From Octopus sinensis (Eukaryota): a stretch of 64,000 nucleotides of DNA. The translations under genes and the position numbers were made by a program. Each line of letters begins with the position of its first letter. The stretch's first letter is position 1. The notes beneath the pieces were generated by a model. That model was given only the letters and a program-made list of their open reading frames with translations. It was not told the DNA's origin and ran no database searches. Positions 51,948-64,000 of the stretch are shown here, piece after piece. Location: NCBI RefSeq assembly GCF_006345805.1, contig NC_042998.1:198710001-198774000 (forward strand), in the 5' to 3' direction.

Positions 51948-52206
51948 CTGTAAGATATAAATGTAGAAAAAGGAAGGGTTAAAATCCATAGTACAGTTTT
52001 GTTTCATGGTGAGTAAATTATGCTACATACGTACACACATATATGCATGTGTGCCTGTGTGTTGGCGTGTGTTTTAACGTGCATATATATATATATATAT
52101 ATATATCCGTAATAATGAAGGGTGAAATTAATTAATTTGGAAAAATTATCAATTACACCAAGTAGTCTTCGGCATGTAAAAGCCTCATTCGAGGAAAATT
52201 TAAGTA

Positions 52207-52656
52207 ATACTAAGCAATAAGGGTTTAGCAACGAGTTGCCTTACCACATACCGAATTTAGAAATAGCAGTCAAAGGTTATAGCTATTTCTTCTACTAAAA
52301 AGGGAGATCTCAGTAAAAACAGCATTTGGAAGGCAGACACAAACAGGTAAGAGAGAATGAATTGACTGCAATCTATCATACATTTTTTTAGTTATCCACG
52401 GACGTACGTTTCGAAATCAAGTTTTAAGGAAACTTCCTTAAAACTTGATTTCGAAACGTACGTCCGTGGATAACTAAAAAAATGTATGATAGATTGCAGT
52501 CAATTCATTCTCTCTTACCTGTTTGTGTCTGCCTTCCAAATGCTGTTTTTACTGAGATCTCCCCTTTTTAGTAGAAGAAATAGCTATAACCCTTTGACTG
52601 CTATTTCTAAATTCGGTATGTGGTAAGGCAACTCGTTGCTAAACCCTTATTGCTTA

Positions 52657-52660
<4 letters not shown>
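52207..52660. repeat. Palindrome of about 454 bp, 2-nt loop, apex next to a hammerhead GAAA-CGTACG-TC half
   Basis: Arms 52207-52431 and 52434-52660, differing by about two single-base indels. Confidence 0.92.
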
Positions 52661-52715
<55 letters not shown>

Positions 52716-52931
52716 AGTTCAGTAAAATTTAGATTCAGTTGAATATGGTACTATATATATATATATGTAAGTTCAGTAAAATTTAGATTCAGTTGATATG
52801 GTACTTAAGTTAAAGGCACCAGAATTTAGTATGATATTATCCATATAATTCAAAATTGGGTGATTACTATCAAAATAAGCAACAAGGATATCCTTGTTGC
52901 TTATTTTGATTATATATATATATATACACAC

Positions 52932-53037
<106 letters not shown>

Positions 53038-53101
53038 TATATGTATATATATATATATATAATATATATATATATTCATATATATCTGTATATACATATG
53101 T

Positions 53102-53157
<56 letters not shown>

Positions 53158-53486
53158 CATATTCATGGACTCACACACGCACACACGTGCAGGCGGCACG
53201 ATTTATCCGGGTTCATACACTTGTTTTAGAGTAGGAAGTATATAATTTAATTTTTTAAATTTTCTTTACAGACGTTAAAAACCATGAATGACTAAATTAA
53301 TCAATATTGAATGTATTTAATTATTTATATTGAATATATCATTAATTGATCTTTTGATCTAAAGAACATTAAACATAGAAAAAAAAATTATTCTTGCAAT
53401 TATTTGTTTTCCAACCTTTGAGAAAAATATATATTTAAAAAAAAAACAAAACAAATTTCGTCTTCTAAAAGAAGTAGGCGAACGCC

Positions 53487-53591
<105 letters not shown>

Positions 53592-53759
53592 TTACGTATA
53601 TAAATGTGAAATTCTCTCTGTCTCTCTCTCTCAATAAATATATATGTATATATGCATATATATATATGTATATGTATATATATATGTATATATATACGTA
53701 TATATATATATATATGCATATATATATATATGTATATGTATATTATATTATGCATATAT

Positions 53760-53791
<32 letters not shown>

Positions 53792-53829
53792 GTTATAATA
53801 TATAAATGTATATATATGCATATATATTG

Positions 53830-53868
<39 letters not shown>

Positions 53869-53941
53869 TATATATAAATGTATATATATGCATAATATAT
53901 GTATATGTAGTATATATATATATATATATATATGTATATGT

Positions 53942-53991
<50 letters not shown>

Positions 53992-54064
53992 GTATATATA
54001 TGTATATGTATATATATATATGTATATATATATAATAATATATGTATATGTATATATGTATATG

Positions 54065-54098
<34 letters not shown>

Positions 54099-54334
54099 TG
54101 TATATGTATATATATGTATATGATATATATATAATATATGTTATATATATATATATTTATATATATATTATATATATATATATGTTATAATGTATTATAT
54201 ATATATATGTATATATATATTATATATATATATATATATATAAATATTATTAGAGACAAAACCACTATTTTGCAAAACAAACAAGGAAAGACTTAATCAA
54301 TGCATAAAATTTTAATAAATAGTCAAAAAAACCG

Positions 54335-54377
54335 CCACTACAATCGTTTCTTGTCTTGATCGACAATCTTCAGGTGG
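54335..54377 (-). ncRNA. Minimal type I hammerhead motif
   Basis: CCAC-CTGAAGA-TTGTC gatcaa GACAA-GAAA-CGATTG-TA-GTGG; stems I and II pair. Confidence 0.65.
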
Positions 54378-54574
54378 ACTTCCAATCTAAAAAATCAAAA
54401 TTTTAAAATATAAAAATAATAATTTTAAATAATTAAAGTATAGGAGAATCTCTTTTGGAGTTTGCACCTGACTCTGAAAAACGTGTATTCGTTTTTAAAC
54501 AGATTTATTCACATAGCAAATAAGTTTCGACATTTTTTGGCTTGTCAATGGTGCAAATATACATATAAAAGTGG

Positions 54575-54835
54575 AACTGGGGTTTGGACAGTTTAAATTA
54601 CAAGGTAAAATTGGGCCAACATGTTTAAACCTTCAAGGGTTCACTGAAATTTCAATGAGTTTCACAGGGATAGATACTAAAATCAATGTAAAGGTTTGGC
54701 GAAGATCATAACCAGATGTACATTGATATTACCTTTTTCCCCTGTGAAACTCAGTGAAATTTCTGTGAACATTTAAACACTTGACAGTTTACATATGTTT
54801 GTCCAATTTTTGCCTTGTAATTTTAAACTCTCCTA
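54575..54835. mobile_element. Degenerate MITE-like inverted repeat
   Basis: Imperfect arms: TTTAAATTACAAGG/CCTTGTAATTTTAAA and GAGTTTCACAGGG/CCCTGTGAAACTC. Confidence 0.5.
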
Positions 54836-55837
54836 ATAGCCCCTTATATATTTATATATATTTGTTTTGGTATGAGAATAAATCTATTTATTCACATACA
54901 GATACTGCCCTTTGCTCTCTCAGCCTTAGATATACAAGGATTTGATAAACTAGTCTATAAATTAAAACTGACTCCATAAAAACAACAAAAAAAAAATCAG
55001 TGACAGGCAGAGTCTGTAACAATGTATATTTTCTTGATAACTTAGTAACTTCTATGCTGGAGTGAAGCCTGCATGTTCTTTGTCTATCTCCTTAACTCCT
55101 TGGAGATTTTAGGTATAATTATACTGGGTCCATCTGTTGTAATTTAATTAAATTCTATGTCTTTGTGCAGCTGAGGATTGCTCTGCATTTTAAACTGATG
55201 TAATTAAATGAAGTTGCAGGAAACGATCGTAATGCATTACCTCTGGATATCCTTGTTGCTTATTTTGGTTGTTAATAATATATACACATATATTATATAT
55301 ATAATGAGTGTGTGTGTGTGTGTTTGTGTGTGTATCAGATTCGAACCCGCGATCCCTCGACCGCGATGCCGCTGCTCTAACCACTAGGCCATGTGCCTCC
55401 ACACACACACACACACATATATTTTATTTTTTATTTTTTTTATTTTATCTAGTTTCAGCTCACGAGCTGTGGCCATGCTGGGGCACCGCCATATATATAT
55501 ACATGCATATATTTATATCTATATATATACATACATACATACACACACACATATATATAGAAATATATATATATCACGTGGCCGACCAGACCATCAGATG
55601 TTGTTACACATCGCTGGTCACAATGTTTTAGCCTTTGAATGACGCTAATCGAGCCGGTCAACAGAAGAAAGAATGGTGAAAGAGTACAGCAGGGACCACC
55701 ACCATCCCCTGCCGGAGCCTCGTGGAGCATTTAGGTGTTTTCGCTCAATAAACACTCACAATGCCCGGTCTGGGAATCGAAACCACTGGGCCATTGCGCC
55801 TCCACCCACACACTCATATATATATATATATATATAT

Positions 55838-55871
<34 letters not shown>

Positions 55872-56519
55872 GATATATATATACAGACAGAGGGAATTAG
55901 TTGTTCAATTGAAGAAATGGAAGCACGCTGTAGACAATTCTCATTAGAATGAAACTGTGCAGTCGAGGGTTCTAGCTTTTCTCCGCTCGAGGGGCAATTA
56001 TCTGCCCAGTTACTATATGTAAATGTGTTATTACGCAGCTAAAAGTAGTTTAACTCTTGATTCTATCAATATATGTGCTTGTAGCACATACAGTCACAGT
56101 TAGTGACGACCAAGTATTGCCTACACGGTTTTTATTGCAGCAAGCTGACCACATAAATGTTATGCTATATACGTGTGTGTATGTGCGTGTGTGTATGTTT
56201 GTGCATGTGTATGTGCGCGCGCTTGGCCCAATAGTTAGGTTGTTGGGATCACGATTATATTTTAGTGTGTTCGATTCTTTCACTGGCTAGTGCGTTTTCT
56301 TAGTCAACAGCATTATATTTCATGTTGTTCCATTCCTCCCGACTGAAAGTGAGCACCAACTTAATCCCATACATTTCTCTCTTCTTCTGGCAAATCACAT
56401 CCTAGATGTTTCGTTATATATATATTGGCGAGTGGATATACATGTAATCGTAATGTATATACTTATTTTATTAATACACAAGTGAACATGATTATTGTAT
56501 GGTGAACACACACACACAC

Positions 56520-56598
<79 letters not shown>

Positions 56599-56677
56599 TA
56601 CATACACATTACGCACGCGCACACACACATACGTAAATATACATCGTTCATATTTATGTGTCTGTACAGATAAATAG

Positions 56678-56743
<66 letters not shown>

Positions 56744-58800
56744 ATCTATACGCTACGATAAAGGAAATAAAGAAGTCCACAGAGTAACTTAAATTAAGAT
56801 GTCGGAAATACTAACCACAAAAGAAATACTTGCCGTTCTTCGAAAATTACCTCCTTAATTTAATCAGGAATATAAAAATATGCTTGTATTTCCAGATAAA
56901 GGAAGAAAGTAAACTTGATGCTAGGCAAAAATATCTTAATCTTATATTTTTAGGTTTCAGAAATAAAATTACAACTGTGACATATATAAGGAAATCTACA
57001 CAATATCACATGGAAGTACTCTGTCGGTTATGACGACGAGGGTTCCGGTTGATACGATCAACGGAACAGCCTGCTCGTGAAATTAACGTGTAAGTGGCTG
57101 AGCACTCCACAGACACGCGTACCCTTAACGTAGTTCTCGGGGATATTCAGCGTGACACAGAGAGTGACAAGGCCGGCCCTTTGAAATACAGGTACAAGAG
57201 AAACAGGAAGTAAGAGTGAGAGAAAGTTGTGGTGAAAGAGTACAGCAGGGATCACCACCATCCCCTGCCGGAGCCTTGTGGAGCTTTAGGTGTTTTCGCT
57301 CAATAAACACTCACAACGCCCGGTCTGGGAATCGAAACCGCGATCCTACGACCGCGAGTCCGCTGCCCTAACCACTGGGCCATTGCGCCTCCACACAATA
57401 TCACAACACATGGTTACGAAAGACAGTATCCAAAGAGCTAACGAAAAAGCCTGTACAGGGTTGCGCAACCTGTTAGAAATAATCGCGCCTGTGTTGCAAG
57501 AAGTTTGTTTTTCAGCCACATGGTTCTGGGTTCAGTCCCACTGCGTGACCCCATCCGTAAGTGTCTTCTACTACAACCTCGGGCCGACCAAAGGCTTGTG
57601 AGTGGATTTTTGTAGGCAAAAACAGAAAGAAGCCTGTCGTATGTGTGTGTGCGTGTGTGAATGTGTGTGCGTGTGTGTGTGCGTGTGTGAATGTATGTGT
57701 GTGTGCGTGTGTGAATGTGTGTACGTGTGTGTGTGTGAGAGAGAGAGACAGAGACAGAGAGAGAGTGTGTGTGTGTACGTGTGTGTGACCACTGCCTGAA
57801 AACTGGTGCTGGTTTGTTTACGTCCCCGCCCATTAGTGGTTCAGCAAAAAAGATGGATAGAATAAGTACCAGGCTTTAAAAAAAATAAGTACCGGGGTTC
57901 ATTTGTTCGACTAAAATTCAAGGCTGTGCTCTAGCTGGGCCGTAGCCTTAATGGCTGAGACAAGTAAAAAATAAAAGCTTAATCGTCGTTCAAATAACAT
58001 CTCTTAAGATCTTGTTAAAAGAAAGGATACATTACAAAATGTAATCAAGTGAAAAGGCTCAGAAAACAAGCGACAATTACCATAATACAACGTACAAGGA
58101 TACAAAATACGTAGTTATTACTTCTACGCAGCAAGGAAAGAAAAAACAGAGTTTATTTGACATTTTGAACAGAAGGCACTTGACAAAAATGGAGAAAAAA
58201 AATGGGGAAAAGTAGAGAAAAAGTAGAAGCGTTGATCATTATTTTACAAGGTGGTACTGGCTACGTTGGATAAACGACTGAATATCTGTTTTGTCATAGA
58301 TATGTTCAATCAGAATTTACCTTGAGCGAAACAGCAACAAAGTATCCAAAAACAAACAAGAAAATCTCCATAAAATATTTTAATAAACTCCCTTTAGTCA
58401 CAATTCATCAACTTAACAAACGTGAGTCCAGTATAATTAGCTAAAGGATATTTCGACACGAATAAACACTTGTACAAATGAATGAACAAAAATCTAAGGA
58501 ACTAACAGCAACAGGAATGGGTGTGTGTGTGTTTAAAGTGGTCGCTTTGCAATCACGTGATTTGCGGTGGAAACTTCGGCACGTGTATTCTGATATAGCT
58601 CCGGGCAGCTCGATGCTTTGTTGAAATTAGTTGATGGAAATTGTAGAAGCCCTTTGTGCTATTGAACATTGAATTATTTTAATAAATCCCTTGAGTCACA
58701 ATTCATCAACTTATAATTAGCTAAAGGATATATGTGTGTGTGTGTTTATGTTTGTATCCCCCTCACGTAATAAGAAGCGTACATATTAGTTCTATTTGAC

Positions 58801-58857
<57 letters not shown>

Positions 58858-58870
58858 AGTCAACAAATTA

Positions 58871-60057
58871 ACTAATAATAATAATAATAATTGTGTACAG
58901 TGCTCAGGTGAACTACAACTCATCTAAAGTGTATATATAATCAGGTGTAGTTTCGGCGGATTTCGGAAAGCATGAGGGCCTTAAAGGATGCAGTGTCATG
59001 GCAGTCAACAACTGACACAGGCAGTTTATTCCATGCTTCAGCAACTCTGAGCGTGAAAAAATGTTTCCGAAAGTCATGGGAGCTGTGTTGTTTTCTGACT
59101 TTGTAGGCATGTCCACGTGTGTTAGACACATGGAGATCAAAAAGGTGTTCAGTGTTGTTGTTGGTGAGGTGGTTGATAACTTTGTGGGTGTTTACCAAGT
59201 CCATCGCCAGACGCCGGAGCTTCAGTGAATCCATGCCCAGGGAAACAAGGCGCTCGGAATATGGTAGGTGTCTGATGGAGGGTATGCACGTATGGAGGGT
59301 ATGCACGTTTGGTTGCACGTCTCTGGACAGATTCCAGGAGGTCAATGTTCTGAGCAAGATAGGGGTTCCAAACTGATGATGCGAATTCCAAGTGTGGTCG
59401 TACCATAGCTGTATACAGTTTTAAATAGATGGCTGGAGAGCGGCTAACAAAAGTCTTGCGGAGTGATGCCAAGACACCCTCGGCCTTCTTGACAATTTTA
59501 GAGATATGCTTTGTCCAACGCAAATCACTGCTGACAGTGATGCCTAGGTCACGCTCGCAAGAGGATTTCTTGATATCAGTGTTGTGGAGGGAGTATGTGG
59601 ACGCAGGGTTTTTTCTCCCAAAATGCATGGTGGTACACTTGTCCACAGCCAGTTTCAGTTGCCAGTCTGTGATCCATTGCTGCATTGTGTCTAGGTCTGA
59701 TTGCAGGAAAGAGTTGTAGACATCAGAATCTGTCCTCTTGATTTCAAGGTACAGCTTGATGTCGTCTGCATATTTCAATACTGTGGCATTCTTTAAATTG
59801 GCATCTATGTCATTAATGTATGCCACAAACAAGAGGGGACCAAGGACAGATCCCTGTGGTACACCCGATGACATCTCATATGGTGTAGAATGCTGTCCTA
59901 GAACTGTGACTACCTCCTTTCGGCTGAGAATGAAGGATTTCAACCAGTTAAAAAGGTCATCCCTCACACCCATTGCAGAGAGTTTCACCATAAGCCTTTT
60001 GTGTGGCACAGAGTTGAAAGCCTTAGCAAAGTCAAGGTAGACAACATCTACCTTGAA
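58871..60057 (-). mobile_element. CR1-clade LINE, 5'-truncated (RT plus 3' end), frameshifted near 59330
   Basis: DVVYLDFAKAFNSVPH, GVPQGSVLGPLLF, YADDIKLY, NTRGHAYK...FFTLRVAEAWNKLP; (ATT)n tail. Confidence 0.92.
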
Positions 60058-60156
60058 ATAGAATAATTGCTTGTTTGTTATAGGTAAACTTATTATACCG
60101 CGATACGGCTGCGGGGTCATTCCGAAAAGCTCTACCTGCGACGATTTCATCTCAAT

Positions 60157-60376
60157 CGAAGGAGAGGAGCTTTCTCCGTCCGGGTTGCGGATCCGTGGAA
60201 CAAGCTGCCAGGCGAGATGGTGAAGTTGCCGACGACCGCTTTGTTCAAAGCCTCCCTTGACCTCAAGTGGCCTGAACTCTTTACATGAACACCACTCTGT
60301 ACTTAACTCCATGTCCCCCTACATGGCCTTGCTATTTGCTTTTGAGCCAAATTAACTAACTAACTAACTAACTAAC
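60157..60376 (+). mobile_element. CR1 3' end with (AACT)n tail; homologous copy at 4613-4805
   Basis: FSVRVADPWNKLP...; 3' stem-loop CCATGT-CCCCCT-ACATGG. Confidence 0.8.
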
Positions 60377-60506
60377 ACATACGAGTGTGTATATATATAT
60401 ATATATATATATAGTCCAAGAAATCTACACTTCTACAGAACAATAGTTTCTCTGTGAACTTTTTCTTTCCATTCTCTCTCTCTCACTCTCTCACTGTCTC
60501 TCTCAC

Positions 60507-60558
<52 letters not shown>

Positions 60559-61089
60559 CTTATCTGTACAGACACATATAAATATAAACAATGCATATTT
60601 ACATATTTCTACAAAAAACAACACAAAAGTCATCAAAAAGCAGGTTAAGTTGGTCCTATTGTCATATTGGATGCCGGATATTACAGGGATTCTGCTGAAC
60701 ATCACTTTAAAGATATATCCTTTTTCTACCAAATACCTCCAAATATGGATTACTGTATCACGAAGAGGCTCAGAAATCTGATTTCGAAACACTAAAGTAA
60801 TAGTGACTGCATTGCCGATTTTGAAACAAAAGTCAGCAACTTTTATGGAATCATAGGAAAAACAAAATGCAGTAAAGGCGCAAAATTACGACAACCAAAA
60901 GATTTAAACCTAGACCTATTATAGCAGGACCGGCTAAAAGATTTGGTTGACATCATTTTGAAACCACTGTACCAACATAACAAATTTCATTCGGAATGAC
61001 ATCGATTTCCACTCTCACCTACCCAAGCCAGCAGAATCGAATTCGTTCTTGGTTAGTGTTATAGTAAGCCTCTACGCAAATATTCCACA

Positions 61090-61850
61090 CATTTGGGAAT
61101 AATAACATTTAAATATTGTGTTGTAAAACACAGGGAAATGATTCCTAGTAAAATTCTCATATCCCTTATATTAGATCCGGACAATCTACTCTTGAAAACA
61201 ACACATTTTTTCAATAATTATCTTCAATTTAGAGGCACAACAATGGGAACAAAGTTTTTCCCATGTAATGCGAACTCTGTAAAGGGATACATGGAACAAA
61301 ACTACGGCACTGGCTTTAGAAGGTACATAGAAAATGCATGGAGGATAAATCGCGATGAGCGTTTCCTAACTTGGACAATAGATCTAGATACTTTGAAGAA
61401 TTCAACAATCTCCTAAACAATATGCACCCAACTTTGAAACTTACAAAGGGGATGAGCAATACAACAAAATTACCATTTCTTGACATAATGGTAATTAAAA
61501 ATGACACCACCTTCATCACGGACACATATTATAAAGACACATACCATACCTGGACTTTGAATAATCCATTGAACACATACGAAACAGAATATTCCATACT
61601 GTAAAGGCAGGACAATTTGTACTATTGTTAATGACATAGATACAAAAATAAATGTCTCACAGAACGCAAAGGATTTCTAATCAAGTAAAAACATTCATTC
61701 CTATTTATAGAAAATGGTATAAAGCGAGATAAAGAAATATTTATACAACGACTTAGAGCAAGCCATGAAAGGGAAGCACAACAACAGAACGTCATAGCAT
61801 TTATAATGACGCACAACCCATGTCACCAAAATATTCTTAACATCACCAAA
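61090..61850 (+). pseudogene. Penelope-like element reverse transcriptase remnant
   Basis: FRGTTMGTKFFPCNAN (GTAMG-like), KLPFLDIMV, TDTYYKDT and C-K-A-R-I-C-T-I-V-like motif, with frameshifts. Confidence 0.75.
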
Positions 61851-62116
61851 TCAAGGTACAAGCTCAGGTGCAGCAAATTTCATAAAAACAAAAATCGAGA
61901 AAAAACTCAGTCGTTTCAAACTGGTAAGGGCGTCTATCAAAGACAATCCTAAATCTAAACTACTTTCCATGGTAATAGATGACGCTGACTTGGTTACGAC
62001 TGGAAAGTCTTTCATTGTAGGTCCGTTGATAGATAGGGCTGATCTGCACCAAACAAAATAAACAACATAGGTATTTATTTTCTCCTTACTTCTGCTGCAA
62101 CTACTACTACCAGTAC

Positions 62117-62148
<32 letters not shown>

Positions 62149-62174
62149 ACACTACTACTACCACCACCACCACC

Positions 62175-62227
<53 letters not shown>

Positions 62228-62371
62228 CACTACTACTACCACTACTACTACTACCACTACTACTACTACCGCTACTACTACTGCTGCTACTACTGCTACT
62301 ACCACTACCACTACCACCACTACTACCACCACCACCACCACTACTACTACCACCACCACCACCACCACCAT

Positions 62372-62416
<45 letters not shown>

Positions 62417-62645
62417 CACTACTACTACCACTACTACTACTACCACTACTACTACTACCGCTACTACTACTGCTGCTACTACTGCTACTACCACCACCAC
62501 TACCACCACTACTACCACCACCACCACCATCACTACTACTACTATTACTTACTACTTAGTAGTAGTAGTAGTAGTAGTACTACTACTACTACTACTACTA
62601 TTATAACAATAACAACAACAACGACAATGACAACAACAAACAAAC

Positions 62646-63091
62646 CTCGTTGCCCGATGAATATATTTTCCTTGCAAACACAGGAAGAATGTCAGAACCA
62701 TTTGGTATACATGGTACGGGCCCTTGTTGCACATGTAGTAGTTGTTGTTGTTGTTGCTGTAAGAGATGTTGCTGCAGCTGTTGTTGTTGTTGCTGCTGAT
62801 GTTGCTGTTGTTGTTGCTGTTGCTGCAATAACATTTGTTGTTCCTGTTGTTCCGGCTGTATGGGTTGTGGCTGTTGCTGTTCTTGCTGATGCTGTTGCGG
62901 TTGTAGTGGGTGATGCTGCTGCTGCTGTTGTTGTGGTGGCAAAGGCAGTAAAGGTTGCAGTTCCTGCTGGTGTTGTAGCAGATTATGACCGACAGGAATA
63001 GGAGACACGGCGGGTGTCACCAGAGGCACTAAATCACTGCTCATACTGCATTTGGTATCCGTGGCATCCTGCGGAGTCATGACAGGTATTT
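62646..63091 (-). CDS. Host gene coding exon A, polyQ/Pro-rich (IPVMTPQD...QQQQ...SSGNE)
   Basis: Acceptor tatatttcAG at 63092-63093 and donor GAG|GTTTGT; 446 bp, phase 1 to 0, open frame matches ORF 62601..63137. Confidence 0.75.
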
Positions 63092-63109
63092 CTGAAATAT
63101 ACAATAGTT

Positions 63110-63374
63110 TATTTCGTTTTTGGGATTTGGTTTGCAAGATTCTTTATGTGAATTCGTGTGTTGAAGCATATTCTCTTATGTCTGGGGAGAGTCATTTTCT
63201 TTTTGTGCCTTATAATATAACCCACTCACCGGTAAAATTTCCACTTGAAAATGTTGCAAGACGCAACGAAAATTTTAGGAAAATAAAAATAAGAAAAAAA
63301 GTGGAAATTTTACCGGTGAGTGTGTTATATTATAAGGCACAAAAAGAAAATGACTCTCCCCAGATTCAACAGAA
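63110..63374. repeat. Family F fold-back element just upstream of the exon A acceptor
   Basis: About 63168-63244 pairs with about 63301-63374. Confidence 0.8.
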
Positions 63375-64000
63375 TAGTTTATTATTAAACATAATCTTTT
63401 TTAAATAAATCTATTTGTACAAGTGTTTGATAAGTACCTTGGTATGGTACTCTAAGTCGCTTTATAAAATATTATAAAACTCCAATTCACTTTTCTAGCA
63501 CAACTATGATTGAAAACACTCAAAATGACGATCGATTCCTGCTAGTTTTTTGTTTTTTCCAGAAATAGGACAACCAGGAATGCATTATTCTATATATCCT
63601 TTTTTTTAAAGTTAGGGGGGGGGGGTAAAGCGTGATTTCAAGGAGATTTGATTGTTATTTCTAGCAGGTCTAGTGACTGTGTAAAAGGGACGTTGTTGGC
63701 TTGTGTTTTTGTTGTAGCTGTTTCTATTGAACTTTGTTTCACCCCTGATTCCCTAGACATACAATCAAAGATGATCAAGCAGTAGTAATTAAATAATGGC
63801 TAAAAACGCCAGACAGAACAATTATGCATTTGAAGTAAAACAATTTAGGAATCGCTAATTGGTGTTAACTACATTTCTTGCGAGGTAGTCCCTTCCTGGT
63901 CGTGCAACACGCCAGAAATAGCACCCTCGAACTTCGCATATATTGTTTTATAAAACAACATATTAGACAAGGCCAACGGGGGTATCCAATTACTGCAAAA

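Noticed and set aside
59149-60312. 387-aa ORF as an intact gene
   Set aside because: It is a chance fusion of the antisense of a plus-strand CR1 3' end with a 5'-truncated, frameshifted minus-strand CR1 RT

Overview
Eukaryotic, AT-rich, microsatellite-saturated genomic DNA. It is most likely from an octopus (inferred from the tRNA-derived SINE families and repeat landscape; not verifiable here). There are no prokaryotic features, CRISPR arrays, rRNA genes or intact tRNA genes. The window is mostly intronic sequence of one large minus-strand gene. Seven coding exons (63091 down to 16281) splice together in frame with consistent phases and encode a polyQ tract, a coiled coil and a low-complexity Ser/Asn-rich region; one possible further exon lies near 7.3-7.5 kb. 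The introns contain decayed LINEs (Tx1/L1, R4/Dong, RTE, CR1, Penelope), a deleted mariner, non-autonomous Helitrons, MITE-like elements and at least three SINE families. The most notable observations are: (1) a Tx1-like LINE whose 3' end matches the tail of SINE family A and which, like that SINE, sits at one fixed 10-bp site (GGTATTTCGT) inside the SINE itself; (2) several near-perfect fold-back palindromes of 160-460 bp, three built from Penelope-type hammerhead ribozyme sequences and several lying next to exons; (3) dense clusters of R4/Dong 3' ends stacked in (TAA)n tracts. All calls are by eye; nothing was searched or computed.
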